The notes beneath the pieces are model-generated. The model worked only from the letters and a program-made list of their open reading frames with translations. It was not told the DNA's origin and made no database searches. A program made the translations under genes and the position numbers. A stretch of DNA of 64,000 bases, taken from Chiloscyllium plagiosum. Lineage: Eukaryota. The stretch lies in the NCBI RefSeq assembly GCF_004010195.1, contig NC_057750.1, positions 5,480,595 through 5,544,594 of the forward strand, in the 5' to 3' direction. Numbering within the stretch: the stretch's first letter is position 1; each line of letters opens with the position of its first letter. Shown here in pieces: positions 1 through 13,167 of this stretch.

Positions 1-210
1 ATACGGTTGACGATGGTGGGATTTCTTTTCAATTAAATCTGATTCCGAGGAAGATCTCAAGAACATAAACAGCATTGAGGAGCTAACGAGCATTAAAAAA
101 GCAAGAGAGAAATGCTGCAACATTTTTCGAGTGAGAAGTGGTGTTTTAATTTCAAAGAAACTTCGATTCCAATAAGGTGCGTGTGGTAGTCCCTCAGAAT
201 GAGGGCGATG
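1..210 (-). CDS. Possible coding exon of an upstream minus-strand gene (signal-anchor-like), truncated by the window edge
   Basis: Minus-strand polypyrimidine tract plus AG near 235-211; frame open to base 1; ATG at 123 gives MLQHFSLAFLMLVSSSMLFMFLRSSSESDLIEKKSHHRQPY. Confidence 0.3.
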
Positions 211-543
211 CTTTCTCACAGAAGGAAAAAAACAGTAGGTGGAATTATTTAATGCAGAAAGGGTGTTGAATTGTGGCTACCCCATGGTTTGGACTCACTA
301 GGAAACTCTTCCAATCTTATCGCCAACAGTGCATCAGAAAAATGTACAGATTGATAACCTAACTGTTTAGTCACGTTATGATCCATCACTCATGACCATC
401 AAGTCCTGCAGTGGGACATAAACCCAGAGCTTCTGGCCTAGAGGTCAGGACATTCCCCACTGCATTACAAGAGTTCCTGTTCCAAAATGCTGCGGAAGCA
501 GAAACATTTTTGAAATGACATTGTCAGGATAAAGCTTAATAAT

Positions 544-857
544 GGTGGCATGGTGACTCAGTGGTTAGCACTGCTGCCTCACAGCGCCAGAGACTCGGGT
601 TCAACTCCCGCCTCAGGCAACTGTCTGTGTGGAGTTTGCACATTCTCCCCGTGTCTGCATGGGTTTCCTCCAGGTGCTCCGGTTTCCTCTCACAGTCCAA
701 AAAATGTACAGGTCAGGGTGGATTAGCCATGCTAAATTGCCCATCGTATTAGGTGAAGGGGTAAATGTAGGGGAATGGGTCTGGGTGGGTTGCTGTTTGG
801 AGGGTTGGTGTGGACTTGTTGGGCCGAAGGGCCTGTTTCCACACTGTAAGTAATCTA
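544..857 (+). mobile_element. HE1-type tRNA-derived SINE
   Basis: A/B box head GTGGTTAGCACTGCTGCCTCACAGCGCCAG...GGTTCAA; tail cctgtttccacactgta-aatct. Confidence 0.85.
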
Positions 858-1056
858 AAATCATCACTCTAGAACTGAATCAGTTTCTGCTTCCAAATAA
901 TGTGTTTTAATTCTGGTCTGACCTTTGTGCTTAGCTGACATCTACTTATCTGTTCAGTCAGTATTTTAGTGGCGTTCAATCACAATGAAACCACATCTGT
1001 GAGGAAATAAAAATTTATTTTCAATTATACCAGGCTGATTCCTGGTAGAGGTCAGT

Positions 1057-1300
1057 AAAGAGAGAGAGAGACTGAGTAAGAGAACAAGCGAGAGACAGAG
1101 AGAGAGAGAGAGAGAGAAAACAAGAGAAGTGCAGAAGGAGGTTGAGTAGGAGAGCAAGTGACAGGCAACGAGAGAAAGAGAGAGCATGTGGGAGGGTTGA
1201 ATTGGAGATTAGGTGATAACAAGTGAGGGACAGAGTGAGAAAGAGAAGAGAAACAGAGGGGCAGAGTGTCTGAGTGAGAGAGTAAGCGGAAGGGTAGTGA
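1057..1300. repeat. GA-rich low-complexity tract
   Basis: (GA)n and purine-rich sequence. Confidence 0.7.
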
Positions 1301-3471
1301 AAAACATGGTGACAAATAGAATTTGATGAAAGTTTGTAATTTATAAGTCTAATTTTAAAATTTAGATTCTAATGTGGACAGACTATGTGTATCTTTAAGA
1401 TTGATTTGATAATGTAAGTGTTAAGAAATGAGGAAACATAGTTTTATTTTCATTTTAGATTTTGAATTCTTTCAGTGGTGATGGGTTGTCTGGAGCTGAT
1501 ATGCACTTAAATGAAGCCATCAAAAAAAACCGTTGAGGTGAACAGTTCGGGGTTTTAGAAAACAAGGGTGGAAGAGTGGAAAATAATTGGCAGTTGCGTA
1601 GCAACAAAGTGTCCTATGATACAGGGAGACAGAAATAGAAACAAGTTTCCTTTCAGAAGGAGAGAGAGAGAACTATCCAGAAGGCCGATGAGTGGTCAGG
1701 TTTTTTTTTCCAGCGAGTAGATAATTCAGGGAAAAAGCCTGTACCAGCAGCAATGCAATTTGGCAGTCTTTACAACAGTCGGGGCAGGAGAAAAGGAACA
1801 GAGTAGTTTACTTTCAGTAAGAGAAAAACTCCAGAAATAGAAGGCTGTGGATGAGGAATTTAATGAATTGATGTTAAGAAATATGTGAGCTGTTTGTTTA
1901 AGGGACTTAGGAGGACACATCGACAAAAGGAATAGCATCAAATAAATGAAAATGTTTGCTGGAAAGAAACCAAATACAGCCACGCCAACTGAACAAGGAA
2001 ATTTAAACTGGAAGTAGACTAATCCTTTACTGAGGTTTGAGTATCTATAAGGTTGTTATTGAGGATAACAGGGTTGAATCTTCATTTCTGACTTTTCTGG
2101 TAAGACCGTTTCAAATAATTTTTATATCATGTAAGACAGTTTGTATTTACTTCACTTTTGTATGTAAGAAACATTTATGTTCCTTTGTTAAAAGTACATT
2201 GGCAGCCTCTTGTGAACGTATTCAGTGACTGACCACCACAGCAAACAACTTGCGAAAATAAAGCTTACGGTTTCTCAAGCCAGGTTTAACTCTGGGATCT
2301 GACTTCAACAGTATTACTAATCATCTGAGATCGTTAGAAGAGACAGTGAAAAAAGCATAGAGATACAACACAAGATTGGAAGTGGGAGAGAGGCTGAACA
2401 CAAAGTGCTGAGAGAGGCTTAATGTGAGAGGGTCAGGGAAAAAATGAGAGTGAAGGAAGTGCAAAGAGAGAGAGACTATAAGACCATAAGAGAGTGAGAG
2501 AGAGAGAAACATGCACACACATTGTTGCTATCAAGCTGTTGTCTTTATGTAAATGTAAGAATTGCAATTGCATTTCAGATCTTGGGAGTCCTTTGGTATT
2601 TTGCAGATTAACGGTTGTGGAGCTTCAAGCTGAGAGTTTGGACAGCTGCCTTTAAGGAGAATTGCTGTCAGGGATAGCTTGATGCCAGCTCCAGCCACAT
2701 ACTGCCCTCAATTTGGAGATAGCTCAACACTATTTAATACTTCTAAATGTGCAGAGTTTTCTGAATGCCATATTTTTACTGCTTACCCATTGTATGTCAA
2801 ACAAAAAGATATCACAATGTCTTTACTTCATATTGTAACAATTTATCAATAAAACATTTTTAAAAGTCTTATGATTGTGTGCATTCTGTGTGAACTTTTT
2901 CTATTATAAATGTTTCAGTTGACTATAAAGGGGGAGACAGTAGTGGTAATGTCACTGGACTAGTAAGCCAGGAGTCCAGGTTCTGGGGAGAAAATGTCAA
3001 ATCCCACTGTAGCAGATGGTGAAATTTCAGTTGAATAAAAACCCAGTGACCATTGTAAATCGCTCCAAGATTGAATGCACTGTTAATAGCACTCTGGCTG
3101 TCCAGGACCAGGCATGGATAAGCTGACTGTGTTTGTGGATCCATATTACAGTTCACTAATGTTCTTGAGGGAAGGAACTCTGCTTCCTTATTAAGTCTCT
3201 GAATTACATGTATCTCCAGACCCACTGCAACATTTGGGCAATAAGTGCTGACCTAGCCAGTGATGTCCACATCCCATGAACAAACAATTCAAAACAACTA
3301 TATAAACCTGACACACTGCATTACTGAAGGTGGTTCCGAACATTACTTTTGTAATGTGGAGGAGGCAGTGTTGGACTGGGGTGGATAAAGTCAGAAGTCA
3401 CATGACCCCAGGTTAATATCCAACAGGTTTACATAAAATCACAAGTTTTCAGAGTGTTGTTCCTTTGTCGA

Positions 3472-4299
3472 CTAGAGTCATAGAGATGTACAGCATGGAG
3501 ACAGATTCTTCAGTCCAACCCATCCATGCTGACCAGATATCCCAACCCAATCTAATCCCACCCGGCCCATATCCCTCCAAACCCTTCCTATTCATATATC
3601 CATCCAAATGCCTCTTAAATGTTGCAATTGTATCAGCCTCCACCACTTCTTCTGGCAGCTCATTCCGTACACATACCATCCTCTGTGTGAAGATGTTGCC
3701 CCTTAGGTTTCTTTTATATCTTTCCCCTCTCACCCTAAACCTATGCCCTCTAGGTCTGAACTCCCTGACCCCAGGGAAGACATTGTCTATTACCCTATCT
3801 ATGCCCCTCATAATTTTGTAAACCTCTATAAGGTCACCCCTCAGCCTCCGACGCTCCAGGGAAAACAGCCTCAGCCTGTTCAGCCTCTCCCTATAGCTCA
3901 AATCCTCCAATCCTGGTAACATCCTTGAAATTTTTTCTGAAGACTTTCAAGTTTCACAACATCTTTCCGATAGGAAGGAGACCAGAATTGCATGCAATAT
4001 TCCAACAGTGGCCTAACCAATGTCCTGTACAGCCGCAACATGACCTTCCAACTCCTGCACTCAATACTCTGACCAATAAAGGAAAGCATACCAAATGCCT
4101 TCTTCACTGTCCTATCTACCTGCGACTCCACTTTCAAGAAGCTATGAACCTGCACTCCAAGGTCTCTGTTCAGCAATACTCCCTAGGACCTTACCGTTAA
4201 GTGTAGAAGTCCTGCTGAGATTTGCTTTCCCAAAATCAGGCACCTCGCATTTATCTGAATTAAACTCCATCTGCCACTTCTCAGCCCATTGGCCCATCT
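3472..4299 (-). mobile_element. CR1/HER1 LINE 3' fragment
   Basis: ORF2 C-terminal motifs [42 protein letters not shown]-like; sits in the centre of a palindromic Penelope mini-element (about 3355-4375). Confidence 0.9.
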
Positions 4300-5254
4300 G
4301 ACAAAGGAGCAGTGCTCCGACAGCTTGTGATTTTAAATAAATCTGTTGGACCATAATCTGGTGTCGTCTGACTCATCATTTTTGTATTTGCTGGACCCTC
4401 AATATTTGCAGCAGTAAAATCCAAAAATGGTAATTCTCATAACTTAGGCTGAAAACACAATACCTACAGATTTAGATTTAACAGAACAATAAATAGAGGC
4501 TTCTTCTATTGCTGCAACATGTGCTGTCTGACCTTGCACCCCCAAGGTCTGAAAGGCCATAAAACTTCATAGCAGAAGTAGGCCTTTCGGCCCATTGAAT
4601 CTGGCGATCACCTATTTAATAGTGTGTTCCTTTCAGTTTCTCATCTGAGTGCTGCATAGTTACTCAAGCCCATGCTCAAACATGCACACATTCAGCACAG
4701 CAGTAACCAGCTCTGCTCAATTGTAAGTTGCTCCAAGATTGAAAGGACTGTTAACAGCACTCTATCTGTCCAGGATCAGACATGGATGAGCTGACTGTGT
4801 TTGTGGATCCATAATCCAGGGTTAGCTCATCGAAAGGATTTCAAAGTCACAACAGCTGGCTGTTTTATAAGCACTTAATAATTTTTGTCAATGTAGGAGT
4901 TGAATTTCAGAATCATATCATTATTCTCTTGTTTGGTTAGGGGTAGACGATGCTGTTAGTAATGCCATTGGACAAGAAAGTCTGAGACGCAGACTAATTC
5001 TCTGGCATCATGGGCTTGTGACCCACCATGGCAGCTGGTGGAATTTAAATTCAATTAATAAAAGACCTGTAAATAAAGATAGTAATACTGACCTTGTAAC
5101 CATTGTCAATTGTTAAAAGCCCATCTTGTTCACCAGGGTCCTTTAGGGAAGGAGACCTACTGATTTCACTCAGGCTGGTCTACATGACACTCCAGGATCA
5201 CAGCAATGTGGTTGACTTTTAACCTCTCTCTGAAATGGCCCAGCAAGTCAGTCA

Positions 5255-6960
5255 GTTTAGAGACATAGAGTCATACAGCACAGAAACAGACCCTTCGGCC
5301 CAACTCGTCCATGCCAGCCAGGTTTCCCAATCTAAACTAGTTCAATTTCCCTGCGTTTGCCCAATTTCCTTTAAACCTTTCCTATTCATGTACGTGTCCA
5401 AATGTCTTTTAAATGTTATAACTGTACTTGCATCCACTCCTTCCTCTGGCAATTCATTCCGTATACACACCACCTTCTGTGTGAAAAGGTTGCATTTCAG
5501 GTCCCTTTTAAATCTTTCCCCTCTCACCTTAAAACTGTGTCCTCCAGTTTTGAACTCCCCTATCCTATGGAAAAGACCTCTGTAATTCACCTTTTCTATG
5601 CCTCTTGTGATTTTATAAACTTCTATACGGTCATCCTTCAGCCTCCTCCACACCAGGGAAAGAAGTCCCAGCCTACCCAGCCTCTCCTTATAACTCTAAC
5701 CCTCCACTCTTGGTAACATCTTTGTAGATCTTTTCTCCACCCTTTCCAATTTAATAACACCCTTCTTATAGCAGGGCAACCAGAATTGTATGCAGTACTC
5801 CAAAGGTGGCCCCACCAATGTCTTATACATGACATCCCAATTACTATACTCAATGCTCTGACCGATGGAGGCAAGTATGCCAAATGCCGTCTTCATCACC
5901 CTGCCAACCTGTGGCACCACTTTCAGGGAACCTAGGCCCTACCTGAGCCCCTAGGTGTCTCTGTTCGACAATACTCCACAGGGCCCTACCATGAACTGTG
6001 TAAGTCCTGCCATGGTTTGTCTTACCAAAATGCAACAACTTACATTTATTTAAATTGAACTCCATCTGCCATTCCTGTCATTTGCCCAGCTGACCAATAT
6101 CCCATTGTGCTCTTAGATAACCTTCTTCTCGGTTCACTACACCACTACTTTTGATGTCATCTGCAAACTTACGAATCATGCTTCCCATATTCTCATCCAA
6201 ATGATTTATGTAAATGACAAACAACAGTGGATCCAGCACTGATCCCAACAGAACACCACTGGTCACAGGCCTCCAGTCCAAAAAATAACCTCTGCCACAA
6301 CCTTCTGTTTCCTACCATCAAGCCAATTTGGTATCCAATTGGCAATTTCTCCCAAATCCTGAGTGATCTAATGTTACTAACTGGTATACCATGCAGAACC
6401 TTGTCAAAGGCCTTACTAAAGTCTATGCAGACAACATCTACCGCTCTGCCTTCAACAGTCCTCTTGGTCATGCCCTCAAAAAACTCAATCCAGTTTGTGA
6501 GATACGATCGTTCACGCACAAAGCCATGCTGATATTCCTAATCAGTCCTTGTCTCTCCAAATGTATGGAAAACCTGTCTTTCAGAATCCCCTCCAACAGC
6601 TTATCCACCACTGACATCAGACCCATTCGTTTCCAGGCTTTTTTCTTTTAAAAAAGGCGCAATGTTAGCCAACCTCCAGCCTTCTGGTACCTCACCCAGG
6701 GCTGTAGATCATACAAATATCTCTGCTAGTAGCCCCACAATTTCTTCCTTGACTTCCCACAATGTACAGCTGGTCAGGTCCTTGGAATGCATTTTAAAAC
6801 CTTCAGCTGTAATGTGACTGCTTTCATTTTATCACTATTTATTTCCTCAGGTTCCCTAGCTTCCATGTCTTTGTCCACATTAAGTACCCATGTGTAATAT
6901 TTGATTAGTATTTCACCAATCCTCTGTGGTTCCACACAAAGATGGTCTTGAAGGGACCCC
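5255..6960 (-). mobile_element. CR1 LINE fragment (RT domain)
   Basis: DFSKAFDKV, PVTSGV..GSVL.PLLF, KFADD motifs with frameshifts. Confidence 0.9.
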
Positions 6961-7620
6961 ATTCCCTCTCCGAGGGGTAATTGGGAATGGGCAAGAAATG
7001 CTAGCCTTGTCAGTGATGTCCAAATTCAAAGAAAGACAGAAACGTTGACAAGATAGGCAGAATATTATTTCTGTTGAACCGAGGGATATCTTTTGAAATG
7101 TGGGCGTAGCACTATCTTCACTGTTGTCATACTGTGCTCTTCATTTTATCATGTCTCCGAACTGCCCTTTAATCCCATCTTTAATACCTCTAAGCACTCA
7201 AAGCTTTTAGTAACTGCCATCTGGCTGCAAGATTTTGAAACAGCTGCATGTCAAATGATCTTTTTTTACATTGTTAGTTGTCAATATTTCAACAGGAAGA
7301 GGCACAGACTATGCAGAAGAGATGATTCAGAATACGCCTTTAATCCTAAGGTGGGAGAGTTTGCAGCAATGGTGTTTATCCCAGTTAATTGCGACTGTTT
7401 TGCATGGCTTGGTAACCAGAAGTGTGACATGGTTAGATGCTGAAGAAGGATCACCAGACCTGCTTTCTCTTCACATATGCTGTTCAGTTTCTCTAGCAAT
7501 TTCTGTTTTGGTTTTAGACTTTCAGTATCTGCAGTTCTTCTGTTTCTTTAGAATCTGAGGGATTGTTTCCTCTTTTGGGGTTGGGGGGGGGGCGTTTAGA
7601 ACGAGGGGTCAAAGTAGGGT

Positions 7621-8503
7621 GGACTGTGTGGCCACATTTTGTCCTAACTCCATCTACAAATTCGCTGACGACACCACTGTTGTAGGCCGGATCTCAAACA
7701 ATGACGAGACAGAATACAGGAAAGAGATCAAATGCTTTGTGGCGTGATGCAAAGAAAACAACGTCTCCTTCAACGTCAACAAAACGAAAGAGCTGGTCAT
7801 TGACTTCAGAATGGAGGGCGCGCCCCTGTCTACATCAATGGTGCTGAGGTAGATACGGTCGAGAGCATCAAGTCCTTAGGAATGACAATCTCCCAACAAT
7901 CTGTCCTGATTGATTCATGTTGATGCAATGGTCAAGAAAGCACAACAATGCCTTTATTTCCTCAGGAGGCTAAGAAAATTCAGTATGTCTGTAAAGGCTC
8001 TTACCAATTTTTATAGATGCACTGTAGAAAGCATTCTATCTGGGTGCATCATAGCTTGGTACGGTAACTGCTGTGTCTAGGACCATAAGAAACTACAGAG
8101 GGTTGTGAACACAGCCCAGTCCATTACCAGCCTCCCATCCACTGACTCCATCTATACTTCCTGTTGCCTTGGAAAGGCAACCAACATAATCAAAGCCCCC
8201 TCCCACTCTGGTTATAATCTCTTTCAACCTCTTCCATCTGGCAGAAGATACAAAAGCTTAAACACATGTACCAACAGATTCATAAACAGCTTCTTCCCCT
8301 GAGTTATTAGACTTCTGAATGGAACTCTCATATTTTAAATGTAATGTTGATATTGCTCTTCGTGTACCTTCTCTACAGCCATAATATATCCCTCACTCTG
8401 TTCTATTATCTTATGCCCCTTGTATGGTTTGATCTGCCTGTACTGCCAGCAAAATAAAACTTCTCACTATACCTAGGTATGTGACAATAACAAATCAAAT
8501 CAA
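7621..8503 (+). mobile_element. Rex1/Babar-type LINE 3' fragment (degenerate)
   Basis: Encodes KFADDTTVVGRISNNDETEYRKEI-like RT motif with stops; ends in an aatcaaatcaaa tail. Confidence 0.7.
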
Positions 8504-9026
8504 AAAAGGTTCTGTACTAAGGTTCCTCCCATTTAAAAGAGTGACAAGGAGGAACTTATTCTCTGAGAGTTGGAAGTGTTTGGAATTCTTTACCCCACAG
8601 AGCAGTGGAGAGAGAATAATTTGATTTATTCAAGACTGAGTTAAACAGATTTTTGATCAACAAGGGATAAGTCGGGGGTTATGGGGACAGACAAAAAAGT
8701 GGCTTTAAGGCCATATCAGATCAGCCATGATCTTATTGAATGGCAGAGTGGGCTCACCTCATATCACCTCTGGTTGTTTTGCAAATCTTTGAGCCTCTGG
8801 TAACATTCTAGATCCTCTCTTCAAATTACTCTTGTGAATCTAAATGGGTGATAGTGATGGGAACCCTCAAGACATTTAAGAAGTATTTAGATAAGCACTT
8901 GGAACACCATAAGGTGACGGGCCAAGAGCTGATAAATGGGATTAGGATGAACATAAGAACTAGGAGCAGGAGTAGGCAATTCCGCCAACTCTGCCATTTA
9001 TACTTTTCACTATATTCTTTTTTTTT

Positions 9027-9346
9027 TAGATTACATTACATTACAGTGTGGAAACAGGCCCTTCGGCCCAACAAGTCCACACCGACCCGCCGAAGCGCAA
9101 CCCACCCAGACCCATTGCCCTACATTTACCCCTTCACCTAACACTACGGGCAATTTAGCATGGCCAATTCACCTGACCTGCACATCTTTGGACTGTGGGA
9201 GGAAACCGGAGCACCCGGAGGAAACCCATGCAGACTCCACACAGGGAGAATGTGCAAACTCCACACAGTCGCCTGAGACGGGAATTGAACCCGGGTCTCT
9301 GGCGCTGTGAGGCAGCAGTGCTAACTACTGTGCCACCGTGCCGCCC
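9027..9346 (-). mobile_element. HE1-type SINE
   Basis: Full-length reverse copy of the same family. Confidence 0.85.
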
Positions 9347-9809
9347 ACCGGCAAAATTCAACACCTCACACTTGAGTACACGTGACAATAAAATCTAAAT
9401 ATAATGCAATCTTCATGAATCTCGTCTTGACTCCACTCCATTTTCCTGCCCACTCTCCATCATGCTTCAAGCCTTCAGTAATTAAAAATCTGCCCATTTC
9501 ATTCTTTCTCAACATCCTGGCATCTACCATAATCTAGGGTAGTGAATTCATGACCTTTTGAGAGAAGTAATTCTTCTGCACCTTCTGTTTTAAATCTGCC
9601 AAGCCTCAGCATAAAACCAAGACCTCTCATTCTAAATTGTCCCATAAGGGGAAACATCCACTCTACATCAATTTTGCCAATCCACTTTAGTGTCTTATAC
9701 AGCTCAAATGGGCTGAAGGAAGTCTTTTAGTGCTGTAAGGTAATCTTGAAGAGGGAAAGAAGTTGAGAAAGCAGAATTAACATTGAGTCCAGTGACTCTT
9801 CTTCAGAAG

Positions 9810-11490
9810 GTAAGAGGCAGAGGCTGGTGATGGAGGGTTGTTTTTCTAACTGGAGCCTGGTCACCATCGGTGTGCCACAAGGATCAGTGCTGAGCCCACT
9901 GCTTTTTGTCATTTATACAAATGATTTAGATGTGAATATACTAGGAATGGTTAGTAAGTTTGCAGATGACACCAAAGTTGATGGTGTAATGGATAGTATA
10001 CAATGGGACCTTGATCAGATGCGCCGATGGGTCAAGAAGCGACAGATGGAGTTTAATTTAAACAAGTGTGAGGTGTTGAATTTTGGAAAGACAAATCAGG
10101 GCAGGAATTATACACTTAAAGGTATGGCCCTGGGGAGTGTTGCCTAGCAAAGAGACCTTGGGGTGCAGGTTCATAGTTCCTTGAAGGTAGAGTCGCAGTT
10201 TAACAGGGTAGTGAAGAAGATGTTGTGTACGCTTGCCTTTATTCGTCAATATATTGAGAATAGAAATTGGGATGTCATGTTGTGGCTGTACAGGACATTG
10301 GTTAGGCCATTGTTGGAAGACTGTTCAAATCTGGTCTCCCTGCTATAGGAAAGATGTTGTGAAACAGCGCAGAAAAGATTTACAAGGAGATTGCCAAAGT
10401 CAGAGGGTTTGAGCTTTAGGGAGAAGCTGAGTAGGCTGGGGCTATTTTCCCTGGAGCATTGGTGACTAAGGGGTGACCTTATAGAGTCATAGAGGTGTAC
10501 AGCAAAGAAACAGACCCTTTGGTCCAACTCGTCCATGCCGACCAGATATTCCAATCTAATCTAGTCCCATTTGCCAGCATTTGGCCCAATCCCTTTAAAC
10601 CCTTCCTATTCATATACCCACCAGATGCCTTTTAAATGCTGTAAATGTACCAGCCTCCACCATTTCCTCTGGTAGCTCATTCCATACATGCATCACCCTG
10701 TGTGTGTGAAAAAGTTGCCCCTTAGATCTCTTTTATATCTTTCCCCTCTCACCCTAAAACTATGCCATTTCGTTCTGGACTCCTCCTAACCCAGAGAAAA
10801 GACCTTGTCTATTTATCCTATCTATGCCCTTCATAATTTTATAAACCTCTATAGGTCACCCCCTCAGCCTCCGATACTCCAGAAAAAACAGTCCCAGCCT
10901 ATTCAGCCTCTCTCTATAGCTCAAATCTCCTAAACTCAGCAACATCCTTGTAAATTTTTTCTGAACCCTTTTAAGTTTCACAACATCCTTTCGATATGAA
11001 GAAGGCCAGAATTGCATACTATATTCCAAAAACATAGAGGTTCATAAAATCGTGAGAGGTGTTGGTAGAGTGAATAGCCAAGGTCTTTTTCCCAGGGTAC
11101 GGGAGTCCAAAAATAGACAAGCATAGGTTTAAGGTAAGAGGGGAAAGATTTTAGAAGGGACCTAAGGGGCAACCTTTTCATGCATTGTGGAATGAGCTGC
11201 TAGAGGAAGTGGTGGAAACAAAAAAAAATTTCAGAACTGGAATCCAAACTAGACAAGCAGGAGTCTGGAAGAGCACAGCAAACCAGGCAACATCAGGAGG
11301 TGGAGAAGTCTGACATTTCAGGAATTACACTTCTTCAGGAAAACTAGGTGGTGGAGGCTGGTAACAGTTACAACATTTAAAAGGGATCTGGATGGGTACA
11401 TGAATAGGAAAGGTTTTAGGGGATGTTGGCAAATGGGACCAAATTAATCAAGGATATCCAGTTGGTATGAAAGAGTTGGACCTACGGGTC
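9810..11490. mobile_element. CR1 fragment (+) with a nested inverted CR1 3' end (about 10484-11030, -)
   Basis: [16 protein letters not shown]...KFADD on +; the + element resumes at about 11033 after the nested minus copy. Confidence 0.8.
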
Positions 11491-12229
11491 TGTTTCCAGC
11501 TAATGAAGGGCTTTTGCCCGAAACACCAATTTTCCTGCTCCTCGGATGCTGCCTGACCTGCTGTGCTTTTCCAGCACCACTCTAATGTAGACTCGGTTTC
11601 CGTGCTATACATCTCTGTGACTGACCAACAGAATCTGCTGAGCTTCTCCAGCAATTTCTGCTTTTTGTTCAGATCTTCAGCATCCGCACTTCTTTGTTTT
11701 ACCTTAACCTGAGAAGTCGAAAGGTGGATAGGTTCAGAAAGGGAGCTCCATGGACTGAGGCCCAAGCAACTGAGGGGCATTGATACCAATGTGTGGAATG
11801 ATTAAAATGGGAAGAGGTGCAAGAGGAAGGTTTAAGGGGCTGAAAGAAATTAGGAGTGGGGACATGCAAGCTAACGTCGAGAATTTACAACTAAAACAAT
11901 CCACACCCCCAGCTCCATGCACCTTCCAGAGTTAGTCCAGTTACTATGTGCAATCAGCTGACCCAGCTTTGATTGACAGCTGACAGAGTGGCGCGGGTTG
12001 ATGACGCCATCTCTCAGCGCCCACAACGCCTCCAAAGTATTTGCTGACACGATAGGGGTATAACATCCACCACAGGGCGCATTTTTAAAAACAAGTGCAG
12101 AAATTGAACATCCTACCCAATTACAAACCATTTATAATCTAATGTAGATACATTACATATATTTCTAATGTTCATAATTGAAGTTTGAGGCATCCAAATC
12201 ATACCCTTTCTACCCTCCCCCACCTCTCC

Positions 12230-12600
12230 CTTGCCTCGTTCGATGGTACGTCCGGTTGCTAGATACGCGTCAACCAAACCGTCCCCGTGATTGACGCGAG
12301 GGATCGACCAATAGTGAACGGGGATGGCGATGGGAGTGACGAATCGGAGCGGGGCAGGGACGGGACATGAAGTTAGGTTGCGCCGGGAGACGGGGGTAGA
12401 GAGCGGCCCGAGTGGCGGCGGCGGCGGCGGCGGCTGGAGGGATAGACACTCGGAGAGAACGGGGTTTCGGGATTGTTGAGGGAAGGGTGTGCGGTGGGAT
12501 TTGTGTGTGTGTGTGGGGGTGCGGGTATTGCGCTCTGCGGCGAAATAAGGCCGGGCTAGTCGACTGTGGGGGGCGTCACAATCTCCCTCCACATTAAGGC
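12230..12600 (+). promoter_or_regulatory. CpG-island promoter / non-coding first exon of CCDC61
   Basis: Sharp CpG enrichment, CCAAT near 12308, GC-rich motifs, (GGC)n at about 12414-12433, X-box-like GTTGCTAGATAC at 12255-12266; 2.3 kb upstream of the CCDC61 ATG. Confidence 0.7.
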
Positions 12601-13167
12601 TCACTCTCTGAGGAGACAGAGCTATATTTAAGACGTTATTAGAACGTGCGATGGTGGCATCGCGGTAATATTGCAAAACTACTAACCCAGAGGCCTTGGG
12701 TAACGCTTCAGTTCAAATAAGGGGGCTTCTGATGTAGAGGTAGTGTCCCTATCTCTGAGCCGTGAGGGACAGGCTGGGCCCATTCCAGTACATAAAGATA
12801 TGTTGGTGCAACTATTTTATCATATTTCGTGCCCTACTTGCTCCAGAGAACGTAACAACATTCCTGAACAGGTTTAATAGAAAATATCTGTAGCACAAGA
12901 CTGTCTTGAAGTACAGTGGTATTGTCCCTCCATCTGAGCCAGGAGTCCTGGGTTAAAATCCCGCCTGCTCTAGAGGTGAGTAGTAACCTCTCCGAATGGG
13001 TTGTTTAGAAAATACCGATAAGGTGTTGCTTGAGTCTTGGGGTGCAGTTGTAATGTCCTTAATTCTGGACCAGGAGAACCAGATTTAAACTGTTAGCACT
13101 GCTCACGGCGCCAGGGACTCAGGTTCGATTCCAGCCTCGGCTGATTGTCTACGTGGAGTTTGCATTT

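Noticed and set aside
544-620. tRNA-like A/B boxes (also 12.7-13.1 kb and other SINE heads)
   Set aside because: SINE heads continuing into SINE bodies; no complete cloverleaf tRNA gene.
1412-2336. Possible degraded solo LTR
   Set aside because: LTR-like composition, but I could not establish termini or a TSD.
7295-7350. Plus-strand exon-like segment (caacag...AAG/gtggga)
   Set aside because: No partner exons or recognisable peptide, and it lies upstream of the CCDC61 promoter.
12113-12676. 187-aa minus-strand ORF with poly-Pro
   Set aside because: Product of the GC-rich CCDC61 promoter and (GGC)n/(GT)n repeats; no recognisable domain.
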